From: a virus | DNA length: 31,061 bases | IMG/VR virus record: IMGVR_UViG_3300029767_000022 | Coordinates: 1-31,061 of that record | Strand: one strand, 5' to 3' | In this document: piece after piece, positions 6,750 through 13,106 of the stretch | Layout of the letters: every line of letters starts with the position of its first letter | Numbering within the stretch: position 1 is the stretch's first letter | Made by a program: the position numbers and the translations under genes | Notes under the pieces: generated by a model | What the model saw: only the letters and a program-made list of their open reading frames with translations | The model's database searches: none | Told to the model about the DNA's origin: nothing

Positions 6750-6778
6750 GGCCGGGCGAGTCCCGGCCTTTTTGTTTG
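6750..6778 (+). terminator. Rho-independent terminator
   Basis: GGCCGGG-cgagt-CCCGGCC followed by TTTTTGTTT, starting 6 nt after the ParB-like stop. Confidence 0.85.
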
Positions 6779-6814
6779 CATCATAAGACACAATGTGATA
6801 TAATAAATATATCA
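6776..6814 (+). promoter_or_regulatory. Extended -10 promoter overlapped by palindromic operator (copy 2)
   Basis: -35 TTGCAT (6776..6781), a 17-nt spacer, and TGATATAAT with -10 at 6799..6804. The palindrome is TGATATA-ataaa-TATATCA (6796..6814). Confidence 0.6.
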
Positions 6815-6828
6815 AGCCAATAGGCTTG
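6813..6828 (+). promoter_or_regulatory. 5-prime-proximal mRNA stem-loop
   Basis: CAAGCC-aata-GGCTTG begins at about +2 of the predicted transcript from the 6776 promoter. Confidence 0.35.
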
Positions 6829-6850
6829 CATTATTCCCAAGGAGGACACA

Positions 6851-7231
6851 ATGAACGAGACATATATCCAGACTATTCGCGGCGACATCCAGCGCGTCAT
6901 CCACCTTGCCAAAGACCACTGGACTCAGGAGCCCAAACGGTGCGGCTTCAACTACCATCACGAACTCCACGGGTACATCCCAGTCTGCAAACTGTCCAAG
7001 CTGATCCGGGAAGCTCGGAACGAAACATGGGAGGAATACGCTTGGCTCTGCTACGAGAACCGCTACCTGACTCTGGAGCAGAAGGCTGCACAGATGCTGG
7101 AGTGCGAAAGCTATACAAAGTTTTTCACGACGCTGTACGAAACCTTTAAGCAGAAATCCCAGATGGAATCGCATCACACTGTCGCAAAAGTATTCGTCGG
7201 CGTTGACGGCTTCGAGTACCGCGCCTTCTGA
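6851..7231 (+). CDS. Hypothetical protein (126 aa)
   Basis: Track ORF with AAGGAGGA 6 nt upstream of the ATG. No family recognised. Confidence 0.85.
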   Translation: MNETYIQTIRGDIQRVIHLAKDHWTQEPKRCGFNYHHELHGYIPVCKLSKLIREARNETWEEYAWLCYENRYLTLEQKAAQMLECESYTKFFTTLYETFKQKSQMESHHTVAKVFVGVDGFEYRAF

Positions 7232-7252
7232 CAAGGCAAAGGAGGAACAGAA

Positions 7253-7630
7253 ATGGGAAACGCTACGGAAATCACTCTCGATCAGGCCCGCGACATGATT
7301 CGCAGCATCGATAACCGTCTAATCCCCGAATGCCGCGACTTCGACACATACACCGAGACAGACGATATCTGGCGTATCGGAGATTACGGATACGTTGACG
7401 CCGACGTGTACGAGCAAGCATTCCGGGACTATGAGGAACGTAACGGGAAGACCGAGTGGGCGAGCACCATGTACGTGCTTGAAGGCAATCAGCCGACCCG
7501 CCTCGAAGCCTTCGTGAAAGCGTACAATCTCGGCGGGATGCCAATGCTGGACGGGCTTTTGGGTGCCCAGTTCGACAACGGGGACGCGGATAATGTGTAT
7601 CTGACGAACGGCGAGGCATGGCCAATCTGA
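7253..7630 (+). CDS. Hypothetical, strongly acidic protein (125 aa; 25 Asp+Glu vs 10 Arg+Lys by hand count)
   Basis: Track ORF with AAAGGAGGA upstream of the ATG. No family recognised. Confidence 0.85.
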   Translation: MGNATEITLDQARDMIRSIDNRLIPECRDFDTYTETDDIWRIGDYGYVDADVYEQAFRDYEERNGKTEWASTMYVLEGNQPTRLEAFVKAYNLGGMPMLDGLLGAQFDNGDADNVYLTNGEAWPI

Positions 7631-7702
7631 GTTAATGCATGTCCTAGTGTCCCAATTGGCGTTATCTCGCCAGTTAGGACGTCATAGACACTCGTCCTAG
7701 CA

Positions 7703-7784
7703 CGTCCTACTAGGGGCGCTGGGACATGTCTATACGTGTCGCTGATTGCCTAATCCCACAACATGTGATATACTTTATATATCA
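7703..7784 (+). repeat. About 82-bp duplicated intergenic promoter block, copy 1 (partner 8761..8841)
   Basis: CGTCCTACTAGGGGCGCTGGGACATGTCTATACGTGTCGCTGATTGCCTAATCCCACAACATGTGATATACTTTATATATCA compared with CGTCCTACTAGGGCGCTGGAACCTGTCCCTGCGTGTCGCTGATTGCCTAATCCCACCACATGTGATATATTATATATATCA. The central 24 nt CGTGTCGCTGATTGCCTAATCCCA are identical. Confidence 0.9.
7746..7784 (+). promoter_or_regulatory. Extended -10 promoter overlapped by palindromic operator (copy 3)
   Basis: -35 TTGCCT (7746..7751), a 17-nt spacer, and TGATATACT with -10 at 7769..7774. The palindrome is TGATATA-cttta-TATATCA (7766..7784). Confidence 0.6.
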
Positions 7785-7810
7785 TCACATTATCAGAAAG
7801 GAGCACTGAG

Positions 7811-8404
7811 ATGGCAACCAACAATCTCAGCAACAAGTTCATGCAAGTTCTCAACGAAGTCCCCAACTTCGTCACCGACGAAACCGCACAGGCAGGCAAC
7901 CGGACTTATAAGTATCTCAACCTCGCCACGATACTCAAAACCATCAAACCGGTTTTCGAGAAGTACGGTCTGGCATTCAGCCAGCGCGTCACGTTCGACA
8001 ACACGGGAGAAACGCGACAGGCCATCGGAACAGTGGAAACCATCATTTTTGATGATACAGACCAGATGGTGGTCTGCTCCTATCCGTTCTTTGTGACCGG
8101 CGACCCCCAGCAGGTCGGTAGCGCGATCACTTACGCCCGCCGCTATAGTCTCTACGCAGTGTTGGGCATCTTCCCCGACAAGGACGACGACGGAGCGTAT
8201 GCCAAGCAGCGTTACGAGACCGCAGACCGTGCGATCAGCGCCGAACAGTACGCCGATCTGGTCAAGGCTATGGATGCGCACAATATCACATCCGCGGAGC
8301 GCGGAGACTTCATCAACGGCACTCTGAAACGTCGGGTCAGGGGATGGAATGGACTCACGCAAACCGACCTGAACAGTCTGATGAACGCCGTCAACCGAAT
8401 GTAA
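7811..8404 (+). CDS. erf: ERF-family single-strand annealing recombinase
   Basis: YKYLNLATILKTIKPVFEKYGLAFSQ ... QQVGSAITYARRYSLYAVLGIFPDKDDDG is the conserved Erf core (Y.Y..l..i...v.p.l...gl ... GsaiTYaRRY.l...lGi...DDDg). RBS AAAGGAG. Confidence 0.9.
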   Translation: MATNNLSNKFMQVLNEVPNFVTDETAQAGNRTYKYLNLATILKTIKPVFEKYGLAFSQRVTFDNTGETRQAIGTVETIIFDDTDQMVVCSYPFFVTGDPQQVGSAITYARRYSLYAVLGIFPDKDDDGAYAKQRYETADRAISAEQYADLVKAMDAHNITSAERGDFINGTLKRRVRGWNGLTQTDLNSLMNAVNRM

Positions 8405-8503
8405 GTGGCCTTTCGCGTTGGCGCACTTTTGGGATTTTGCTTAAAACAAACCGATTTATAAGCCCTCTTGTTCTAATAAGGGAGCTGGAATGGAGTATCT
8501 GAA

Positions 8504-8671
8504 ATGTTTGACAACGAACTTGCCTTCGACAAGCTGCTTGACTCGCTCGGCGCGGAAACGCTGCTGGATAATCTCGTTCGGGCGTTGACGGCTGATGAGC
8601 AGCGTGAGAACTTCGATTATATTGCGCGTTGCTTTGACATTGATCTTTCCGACTGCGAAAGCGAGGCGTGA
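8504..8671 (+). CDS. Small acidic hypothetical protein (55 aa)
   Basis: Below the track cutoff. Hand translation: MFDNELAFDKLLDSLGAETLLDNLVRALTADEQRENFDYIARCFDIDLSDCESEA (15 acidic, 4 basic residues). It has the same orientation as all neighbours and is followed by a weak hairpin GGGGA/TCCCC plus CTCTTATATT. It competes with the antisense track ORF 8456..8743. Confidence 0.55.
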   Translation: MFDNELAFDKLLDSLGAETLLDNLVRALTADEQRENFDYIARCFDIDLSDCESEA

Positions 8672-8760
8672 AAGGGGAACGTAAGTAGTCCCCCTCTTAT
8701 ATTCCGGGCTTTCGGGCGTGAGCCTATCAATCACACCCATCAATCACCGTTGATTATCCA

Positions 8761-8841
8761 CGTCCTACTAGGGCGCTGGAACCTGTCCCTGCGTGTCGCT
8801 GATTGCCTAATCCCACCACATGTGATATATTATATATATCA
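8761..8841 (+). repeat. About 82-bp duplicated intergenic promoter block, copy 2 (partner 7703..7784)
   Basis: See copy 1. An extra TGATATA half-site lies at 8853..8859. Confidence 0.9.
8803..8841 (+). promoter_or_regulatory. Extended -10 promoter overlapped by palindromic operator (copy 4)
   Basis: -35 TTGCCT (8803..8808), a 17-nt spacer, and TGATATATT with -10 at 8826..8831. The palindrome is TGATATA-ttata-TATATCA (8823..8841). Confidence 0.6.
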
Positions 8842-8924
8842 GGCATCGGGCTTGATATATGACCTAAGGAGTTGAACACAAACCATTATCAGTAATCGCA
8901 TTCTATATTCAGCATGAAAGACTT

Positions 8925-8950
8925 GTGGGCGGGACTCGTCACCCGCCCAC
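8925..8950 (+). promoter_or_regulatory. GC-rich 9-bp hairpin in the 5-prime UTR of the exonuclease gene
   Basis: GTGGGCGGG-actcgtca-CCCGCCCAC ends 23 nt before ATG 8974. Its position is analogous to the 3142..3173 hairpin before the initiator gene. Confidence 0.4.
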
Positions 8951-8973
8951 ACCCAACCGAAAGGACAACATCA

Positions 8974-9882
8974 ATGAAGATCATCAATGTATCGCAAGCC
9001 CACGAAACCGAGGCATGGCTCGACGAACGAGTGGGCCGTATCACCGGCACCAAAAGCGGCGGACTCGCCTTGGAACACTACGCTCAGACCGACGTAGAAA
9101 AACTTAAAGAGTACCGAGACAAGGCGTTGGAACAAGCGAAGAAGGCGAAGACGCCAGACAAAGCCAACGAGTATTACACGAAGGCCCAGAACTACGACGA
9201 GAAGATCGTGGACGCCGAAGCCAAGAACAAGCGGCTTAAGGTCGGCGTGGACTTCTGGAAGTTCCTAGCGGAACTGTGGGCCGGACCAGCGGACGGTGAA
9301 CCTCCGATGGAACGCGGCCACCGTCTCGAACCCGAGAATATCCAGATCACACTCAAAACGCTTGGCTTCAACCCCGTCGATTGCGTCCCCGATTGCGGTA
9401 TCTGGGAGAGTGACGACGACAACCGTATCGCGTGCAGTCCAGACGCCTACGAGAACACTGAGGAGCCGACGTGGGCCATCGAATGCAAGTCGCTCGGCTC
9501 AGCCTACCATTTGCAGACGGTAGTGCCGTGGATGATGCACACGGACGCCATGCGATCTCATATCGTCAACCTGAAACCTGAGCTGGTGGACGTTATTGAG
9601 CAGGTTCTTCCGGAATACACGCTCGACGGAAAGGCGACCGGCTTCGACTTTATCCCCGACCAGTATAAGGCGCAGGTGCTGCAATACTTCGTGGTGTGCG
9701 ATTCGCTGGAAGTCCTGTTTTTCTCGATGTTTGACCCGCGCGTGGTCGGAGAGGCAAGCCATCAGGTTATTCCCGTGTACCGTAAGGACATTACCGCAGA
9801 GATCGAGGAACATAAGCGTCGCCAGCTGGCCACGCTCCATATCTCCGATGTGCTGGCCGACGCTCTGGGGGTGACGTTCTGA
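8974..9882 (+). CDS. YqaJ-like (lambda-Exo-type, PD-(D/E)xK) recombination exonuclease (302 aa)
   Basis: ETEAWLDERVGRITGTKSGGL is the YqaJ N-terminal signature. CSPDAY...WAIECKSLGS fits the D...E.K nuclease core. The start is set at ATG 8974 (GAAAGGA upstream). Track start 8914 has no RBS and would place the 8925..8950 hairpin in coding sequence. The gene is a partner of Erf. Confidence 0.85.
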   Translation: MKIINVSQAHETEAWLDERVGRITGTKSGGLALEHYAQTDVEKLKEYRDKALEQAKKAKTPDKANEYYTKAQNYDEKIVDAEAKNKRLKVGVDFWKFLAELWAGPADGEPPMERGHRLEPENIQITLKTLGFNPVDCVPDCGIWESDDDNRIACSPDAYENTEEPTWAIECKSLGSAYHLQTVVPWMMHTDAMRSHIVNLKPELVDVIEQVLPEYTLDGKATGFDFIPDQYKAQVLQYFVVCDSLEVLFFSMFDPRVVGEASHQVIPVYRKDITAEIEEHKRRQLATLHISDVLADALGVTF

Positions 9883-10208
9883 TGAAGACCGCAACCATTC
9901 TGGAAAGCCCTGACATGTTCGCACTATTTGACGGATGCCCCACATGCAAGCGGCAGAGCGCCGTTTATCTGATGACGTGCCGCGTGTACGCCCAACAGAT
10001 GGGGCGTAGGCTCCGTATCGTGTCGTCGGGCAGCCCCACCGCCCGGGCGATACGCGCCATCGCCAAAGATCAAGGCGTAATCGTGCGCTACCCGATGATC
10101 TTGCTGGACGGATTGTTTTACTTCGAGCCGCAAGACATCAGCCTTGACGATTATCTAGTGGACGATGACGAAACCGAAGAAGAAGAGGAGGAACCCAATG
10201 AAAAATAG
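9882..10208 (+). CDS. Hypothetical protein with poly-acidic C-terminal tail (108 aa)
   Basis: Track ORF with an ATGA overlap with the exonuclease stop. The tail reads DDYLVDDDETEEEEEEPNEK. Confidence 0.8.
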   Translation: MKTATILESPDMFALFDGCPTCKRQSAVYLMTCRVYAQQMGRRLRIVSSGSPTARAIRAIAKDQGVIVRYPMILLDGLFYFEPQDISLDDYLVDDDETEEEEEEPNEK

Positions 10209-10536
10209 CATTTTAACCAGCGATGTGCTGGAACTGTTCGACCGTAACCATATCACCGCGAACACTCTGCGTAAGTTCGTGGTGGAGAGCGTTGCCGACT
10301 TTCTCGGAGACAACAAGCATGACAAGGTGTGCGGCAAACTGTTTGACCGTTGGTATCAGCACGTTCGACGCTCCATTTGGGTCGGTGCCGCTCAATACAT
10401 CTTGCAACAGCACGGGTTCGACCACGACGAAGCCACCAACGAGGCGAAACAACTCTACGAAAGCCTGTACGCGGATTACGACAAGCGGTATCACTGCTGG
10501 CGTCGCCACGAGGAAAGGAAAACCGATGAAGACTAA
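10198..10536 (+). CDS. Hypothetical protein (112 aa)
   Basis: Track ORF 10165..10536 trimmed to ATG 10198 (MKNSILTS...), preceded by GAGGAGGAA. Confidence 0.75.
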   Translation: MKNSILTSDVLELFDRNHITANTLRKFVVESVADFLGDNKHDKVCGKLFDRWYQHVRRSIWVGAAQYILQQHGFDHDEATNEAKQLYESLYADYDKRYHCWRRHEERKTDED

Positions 10537-10891
10537 TGGCAATTGGTGGACTGCCGTGCTTTCGGCTGGAATCACGGCGGGATACGCGACCACTGTCGTA
10601 CAGCTCTCGCCCGGCCCCGGCTATATGTTCTCCGCGCTCCGCCGCAAGCTGACCGTAAAGACCGAGAACCTGTCCAACTCGCTCCCCACGTGGGCCAAGG
10701 ATTACGTGGACAGTCTCGGAGAACTCGCCTATTGCGGCTGGTGTCTCAGCCCGTGGGTGTCGCTTCCGGTATGGGCGATGGCAGCCAAGATCAACCGGAT
10801 ACGGTTCGGAGTCAAGTGGGTGGCCGGGTGGATTGTGGCCGCTGGCATGGCCGCGTTCCTCCGCCACTCCGCTGAAACGGCGGTGGCATAA
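10526..10891 (+). CDS. Membrane protein, DUF1360-like (121 aa)
   Basis: Internal ATG 10526 of track ORF 10223..10891 (MKTNGNWWTAVLSAGITAGY...), preceded by GGAAAGGAAAA. It has hydrophobic segments, and the motif YCGWCLSPWVSLPVW resembles DUF1360 membrane proteins. The N-terminal 101 codons of the track ORF overlap the previous gene and are Ser/Thr/Cys-rich noise. Confidence 0.7.
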   Translation: MKTNGNWWTAVLSAGITAGYATTVVQLSPGPGYMFSALRRKLTVKTENLSNSLPTWAKDYVDSLGELAYCGWCLSPWVSLPVWAMAAKINRIRFGVKWVAGWIVAAGMAAFLRHSAETAVA

Positions 10892-11169
10892 TGTTCAACA
10901 AACAACAGGTTCATGTGCTGTTGATTCTTTGGATGGCTAAGCGACCGCTTACCCACGAGGAAATCGAACGTATGGCGGTATTAGCGAAGTATGACGATAC
11001 TCCGCAGGGATTGAGGACGCGCATGATCGAGCTTGAGCGTTCCGGTCATGTGTACCGTGTCGATCGGGATGGCGTGAACAGTCGGCACCGTCATTGCTGG
11101 CGGTTCGCGCTGACTGACGATGGGCGCGAAGCCATCAGTGAACTGTTCGGCAAAAACAGAAACATGTGA
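10891..11169 (+). CDS. Winged-helix (MarR/PadR-like) DNA-binding protein (92 aa)
   Basis: HVLLILWMAKRPLTHEEIERMAV...LRTRMIELERSGHVYRV fits a winged-helix recognition helix plus wing. ATAATG overlap with the upstream stop. Confidence 0.7.
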   Translation: MFNKQQVHVLLILWMAKRPLTHEEIERMAVLAKYDDTPQGLRTRMIELERSGHVYRVDRDGVNSRHRHCWRFALTDDGREAISELFGKNRNM

Positions 11170-11187
11170 TATAATCTATATATCACA
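11146..11187 (+). promoter_or_regulatory. Extended -10 promoter overlapped by palindromic operator (copy 5)
   Basis: TGATATAAT with -10 at 11170..11175. The -35 is weak (TTCGGC, 11146..11151, 18-nt spacer). The palindrome is TGTGATATA-atcta-TATATCACA (11165..11187), with perfect 9-bp arms. Confidence 0.5.
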
Positions 11188-11206
11188 TATCATAGGGAGG
11201 TGAAAC

Positions 11207-11536
11207 ATGCGCAAGCACAACAAAATCAAACCCGTAATCAACGGCCAAGAAGTCACCGTGGAACAGGACAGCCAGACCGGCCAGTTCTTCACACGACAGA
11301 ACATCGGCAACATCCCAGTTGACTACGCGACTATCAGCGACAGGGTGACCATCGGCCAGTGCATCAAATACTGGAGGATACGCCACGGGTATTCACAGGC
11401 GGAACTAGCCGAACGAATCGGCGTATCCAGCCCAAACGTAATAGCCATGTGGGAAAACGGACGCCGCAAACCGCAAAAGCAATACCGGTTGCGGCTGGCC
11501 GAACACCTCGGCTATGACATCCTGACCAAAGACTAG
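11207..11536 (+). CDS. XRE-family helix-turn-helix transcriptional regulator (109 aa)
   Basis: IGQCIKYWRIRHGYSQAELAERIGVSSPNVIAMWENGRRKP is a textbook HTH_3/XRE motif. RBS GGGAGGTGA. The gene sits directly behind the best palindrome copy. Confidence 0.85.
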   Translation: MRKHNKIKPVINGQEVTVEQDSQTGQFFTRQNIGNIPVDYATISDRVTIGQCIKYWRIRHGYSQAELAERIGVSSPNVIAMWENGRRKPQKQYRLRLAEHLGYDILTKD

Positions 11537-11585
11537 AACCTTGCACGATTAATCCAATCATCATCATCACACCAAAGGAGCAACA

Positions 11586-11873
11586 ATGAACACCATCAAC
11601 TATCTGACCTCGATCATCAACCTCTTACAGAAAAACCCCCAAGCACAGGAAATCATCGACACCCAAGGACTCGGACAGGAACTCACGTTCGGTCAAATCG
11701 GGATTAAAGACACCAAAGCGTTCCTCAAACTCTACGACGTTCTGGGCAGCGTTGAAGGCGTTAAGATCACGGCCATCCACGAATGCAAGACAGACACCGA
11801 TAGGCAATTTTTCTTCAAACTCGTCTCCCCGATAACCTTGTACTTCTTCCACTGCGAAGGAGTATCCGAGTGA
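11586..11873 (+). CDS. Hypothetical protein (95 aa)
   Basis: Track ORF with AAAGGAG upstream. No family recognised. Confidence 0.8.
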   Translation: MNTINYLTSIINLLQKNPQAQEIIDTQGLGQELTFGQIGIKDTKAFLKLYDVLGSVEGVKITAIHECKTDTDRQFFFKLVSPITLYFFHCEGVSE

Positions 11874-12199
11874 GCAAAACAGACCCTGATATCGAAACCC
11901 GTATGAAAGTGTTCCACCGAGACCACGGCAGATGCTTCATCTGTGGGCAATTCTTGAGCTCCTCCGCTTTCAACCTGCACCACAGGCGTATGCGCTCCCA
12001 CGCTTGGGAAGGACTAAACCTACCCAGCAACCTGATTACCGTCTGCGGCTCGGGTACTATGGGATGTCACGCACGCATCCACGCCCACCCAAAGGAATCA
12101 TACGCGAAGGGCTGGCTGGTAAGCGCCTACAACGATCACCCCGAGAACGTTCCAGTGTTCAGCGAATACCGAAATCGAGAATTCCTCTTGAACAACTGA
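11870..12199 (+). CDS. HNH endonuclease (109 aa, GTG start)
   Basis: RCFICG...NLHHRRMRS...NLITVCGSGTMGCHARIH matches the HNH zinc-finger/His-Asn-His pattern. GTGA overlap with the upstream stop. Confidence 0.9.
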   Translation: MSKTDPDIETRMKVFHRDHGRCFICGQFLSSSAFNLHHRRMRSHAWEGLNLPSNLITVCGSGTMGCHARIHAHPKESYAKGWLVSAYNDHPENVPVFSEYRNREFLLNN

Positions 12200-12211
12200 A
12201 AAAAGAAAGAA

Positions 12212-12248
12212 TAGCCCGGCACCAGTCGTCAAGACCAGTGTCGGGCTA
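12212..12248. terminator. Long hairpin at the convergence point of the two arms (bidirectional terminator candidate)
   Basis: TAGCCCGGCAC...GTGTCGGGCTA gives about an 11-bp stem with one G-U pair. It lies between the HNH stop (12199) and the last leftward gene stop (12326). Confidence 0.65.
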
Positions 12249-12325
12249 GTTCATTCGGTCATCACACCATCGCTCGAAAGGAGCAACACCAGTCTACCAC
12301 TTGGAAACACCAGTGTAGATGTGGT

Positions 12326-12760
12326 TCACGCTTCCTCACGCCACCCCTGCGGGTAAGCGTCCGGGGTCCACACGCAACCGTCGTAGATGCACGTGTAGTG
12401 TTTCCCGTTGTAGGTGATTTTGTCGCCTACATGATAGGCGTCGTGCGCGCCGGTAGGCTGCTTGTATTCCGGCCACTCGTCGGACGGTTCCTCGGGTTCG
12501 CCGGGGTCGGTCGATAAGCCGGATTCCAGCTTGCTCAAACGCTCCTCGACGGTTGTCTCCCATTCCTCAATGGCCTTCACGCGGTCGGCCAATGGGGCGT
12601 AGGAATCGTCGGGCTTGGCGTTTGTCTGCGCCTGTTCGAGAAGCTGTTTCATCTCATCCTCGGTAAGTTCGCTCATCGCATACAGCGTCTTGATGCGCTG
12701 GGTGAGGTCTGCGAGGTCGTAGCCTCCGGCGTTGATGAGGGTTTGGAATGTTTCGAACAT
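12326..12760 (-). CDS. Protein with C-terminal CBM5/12-like carbohydrate-binding motif and XkdX-like N-terminus (144 aa); last gene of the late arm
   Basis: The C-terminus AYHVGDKITYNGKHYTCIYDGCVWTPDAYPQGW fits the Y..GD.V.Y.G..Y.c......W.P......W pattern of CBM5/12. The N-terminus MFETFQTLINAGGYDLADL...ELTEDEMKQLL loosely resembles XkdX-type phage proteins. RBS AAGGAG. Confidence 0.75.
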   Translation of the reverse strand: MFETFQTLINAGGYDLADLTQRIKTLYAMSELTEDEMKQLLEQAQTNAKPDDSYAPLADRVKAIEEWETTVEERLSKLESGLSTDPGEPEEPSDEWPEYKQPTGAHDAYHVGDKITYNGKHYTCIYDGCVWTPDAYPQGWREEA

Positions 12761-12809
12761 TGGTTATGCTCCTTGGCGGAACAACTCGGATGCAATTGTC
12801 ATCATTACC

Positions 12810-13085
12810 TCACTTGGAGATGCCTGCGTAGTGGACGCCGAACATTCCGGCAACGCCGGAGCCGACCAGAGCGCAAGCGCCACCCATCACGGCCACCCAC
12901 GACGGCATGTCCGGTACAGCGCTCACGAAACTCAGCACCGCACCGGCGATACCAACCAGTCCGGAAACAAGATACGCCCACTTGCGAGTCGCTGCGTTGA
13001 ACGCCGGCACGTAATTATCATTACCGTCCGGCACTTCGTTATTGATCGCGGTGTCCTTGGTCGGATCACCAGTATTAATGCTCAT
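12810..13085 (-). CDS. Holin candidate (91 aa, two hydrophobic segments)
   Basis: WAYLVSGLVGIAGAVLSFVSAV and WVAVMGGACALVGSGVAGMFGV are two putative TM helices. The gene lies directly downstream of the endolysin. RBS TAGGAGG. Confidence 0.7.
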   Translation of the reverse strand: MSINTGDPTKDTAINNEVPDGNDNYVPAFNAATRKWAYLVSGLVGIAGAVLSFVSAVPDMPSWVAVMGGACALVGSGVAGMFGVHYAGISK

Positions 13086-13106
13086 AACAAACCTCCTATC
13101 GATAGT

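Noticed and set aside
8456-8743. 95-aa minus-strand ORF between erf and exo
   Set aside because: It runs against every neighbouring gene, has no convincing RBS, and overlaps the plus-strand 55-aa ORF. The plus-strand ORF fits the operon orientation and is followed by a hairpin. The call remains uncertain.
10253-10867. 204-aa minus-strand and 110-aa plus-strand overlapping ORFs
   Set aside because: They have Arg/Pro/Gly-rich shadow-frame composition and lie inside two plus-strand genes that have RBSs and coupled starts.
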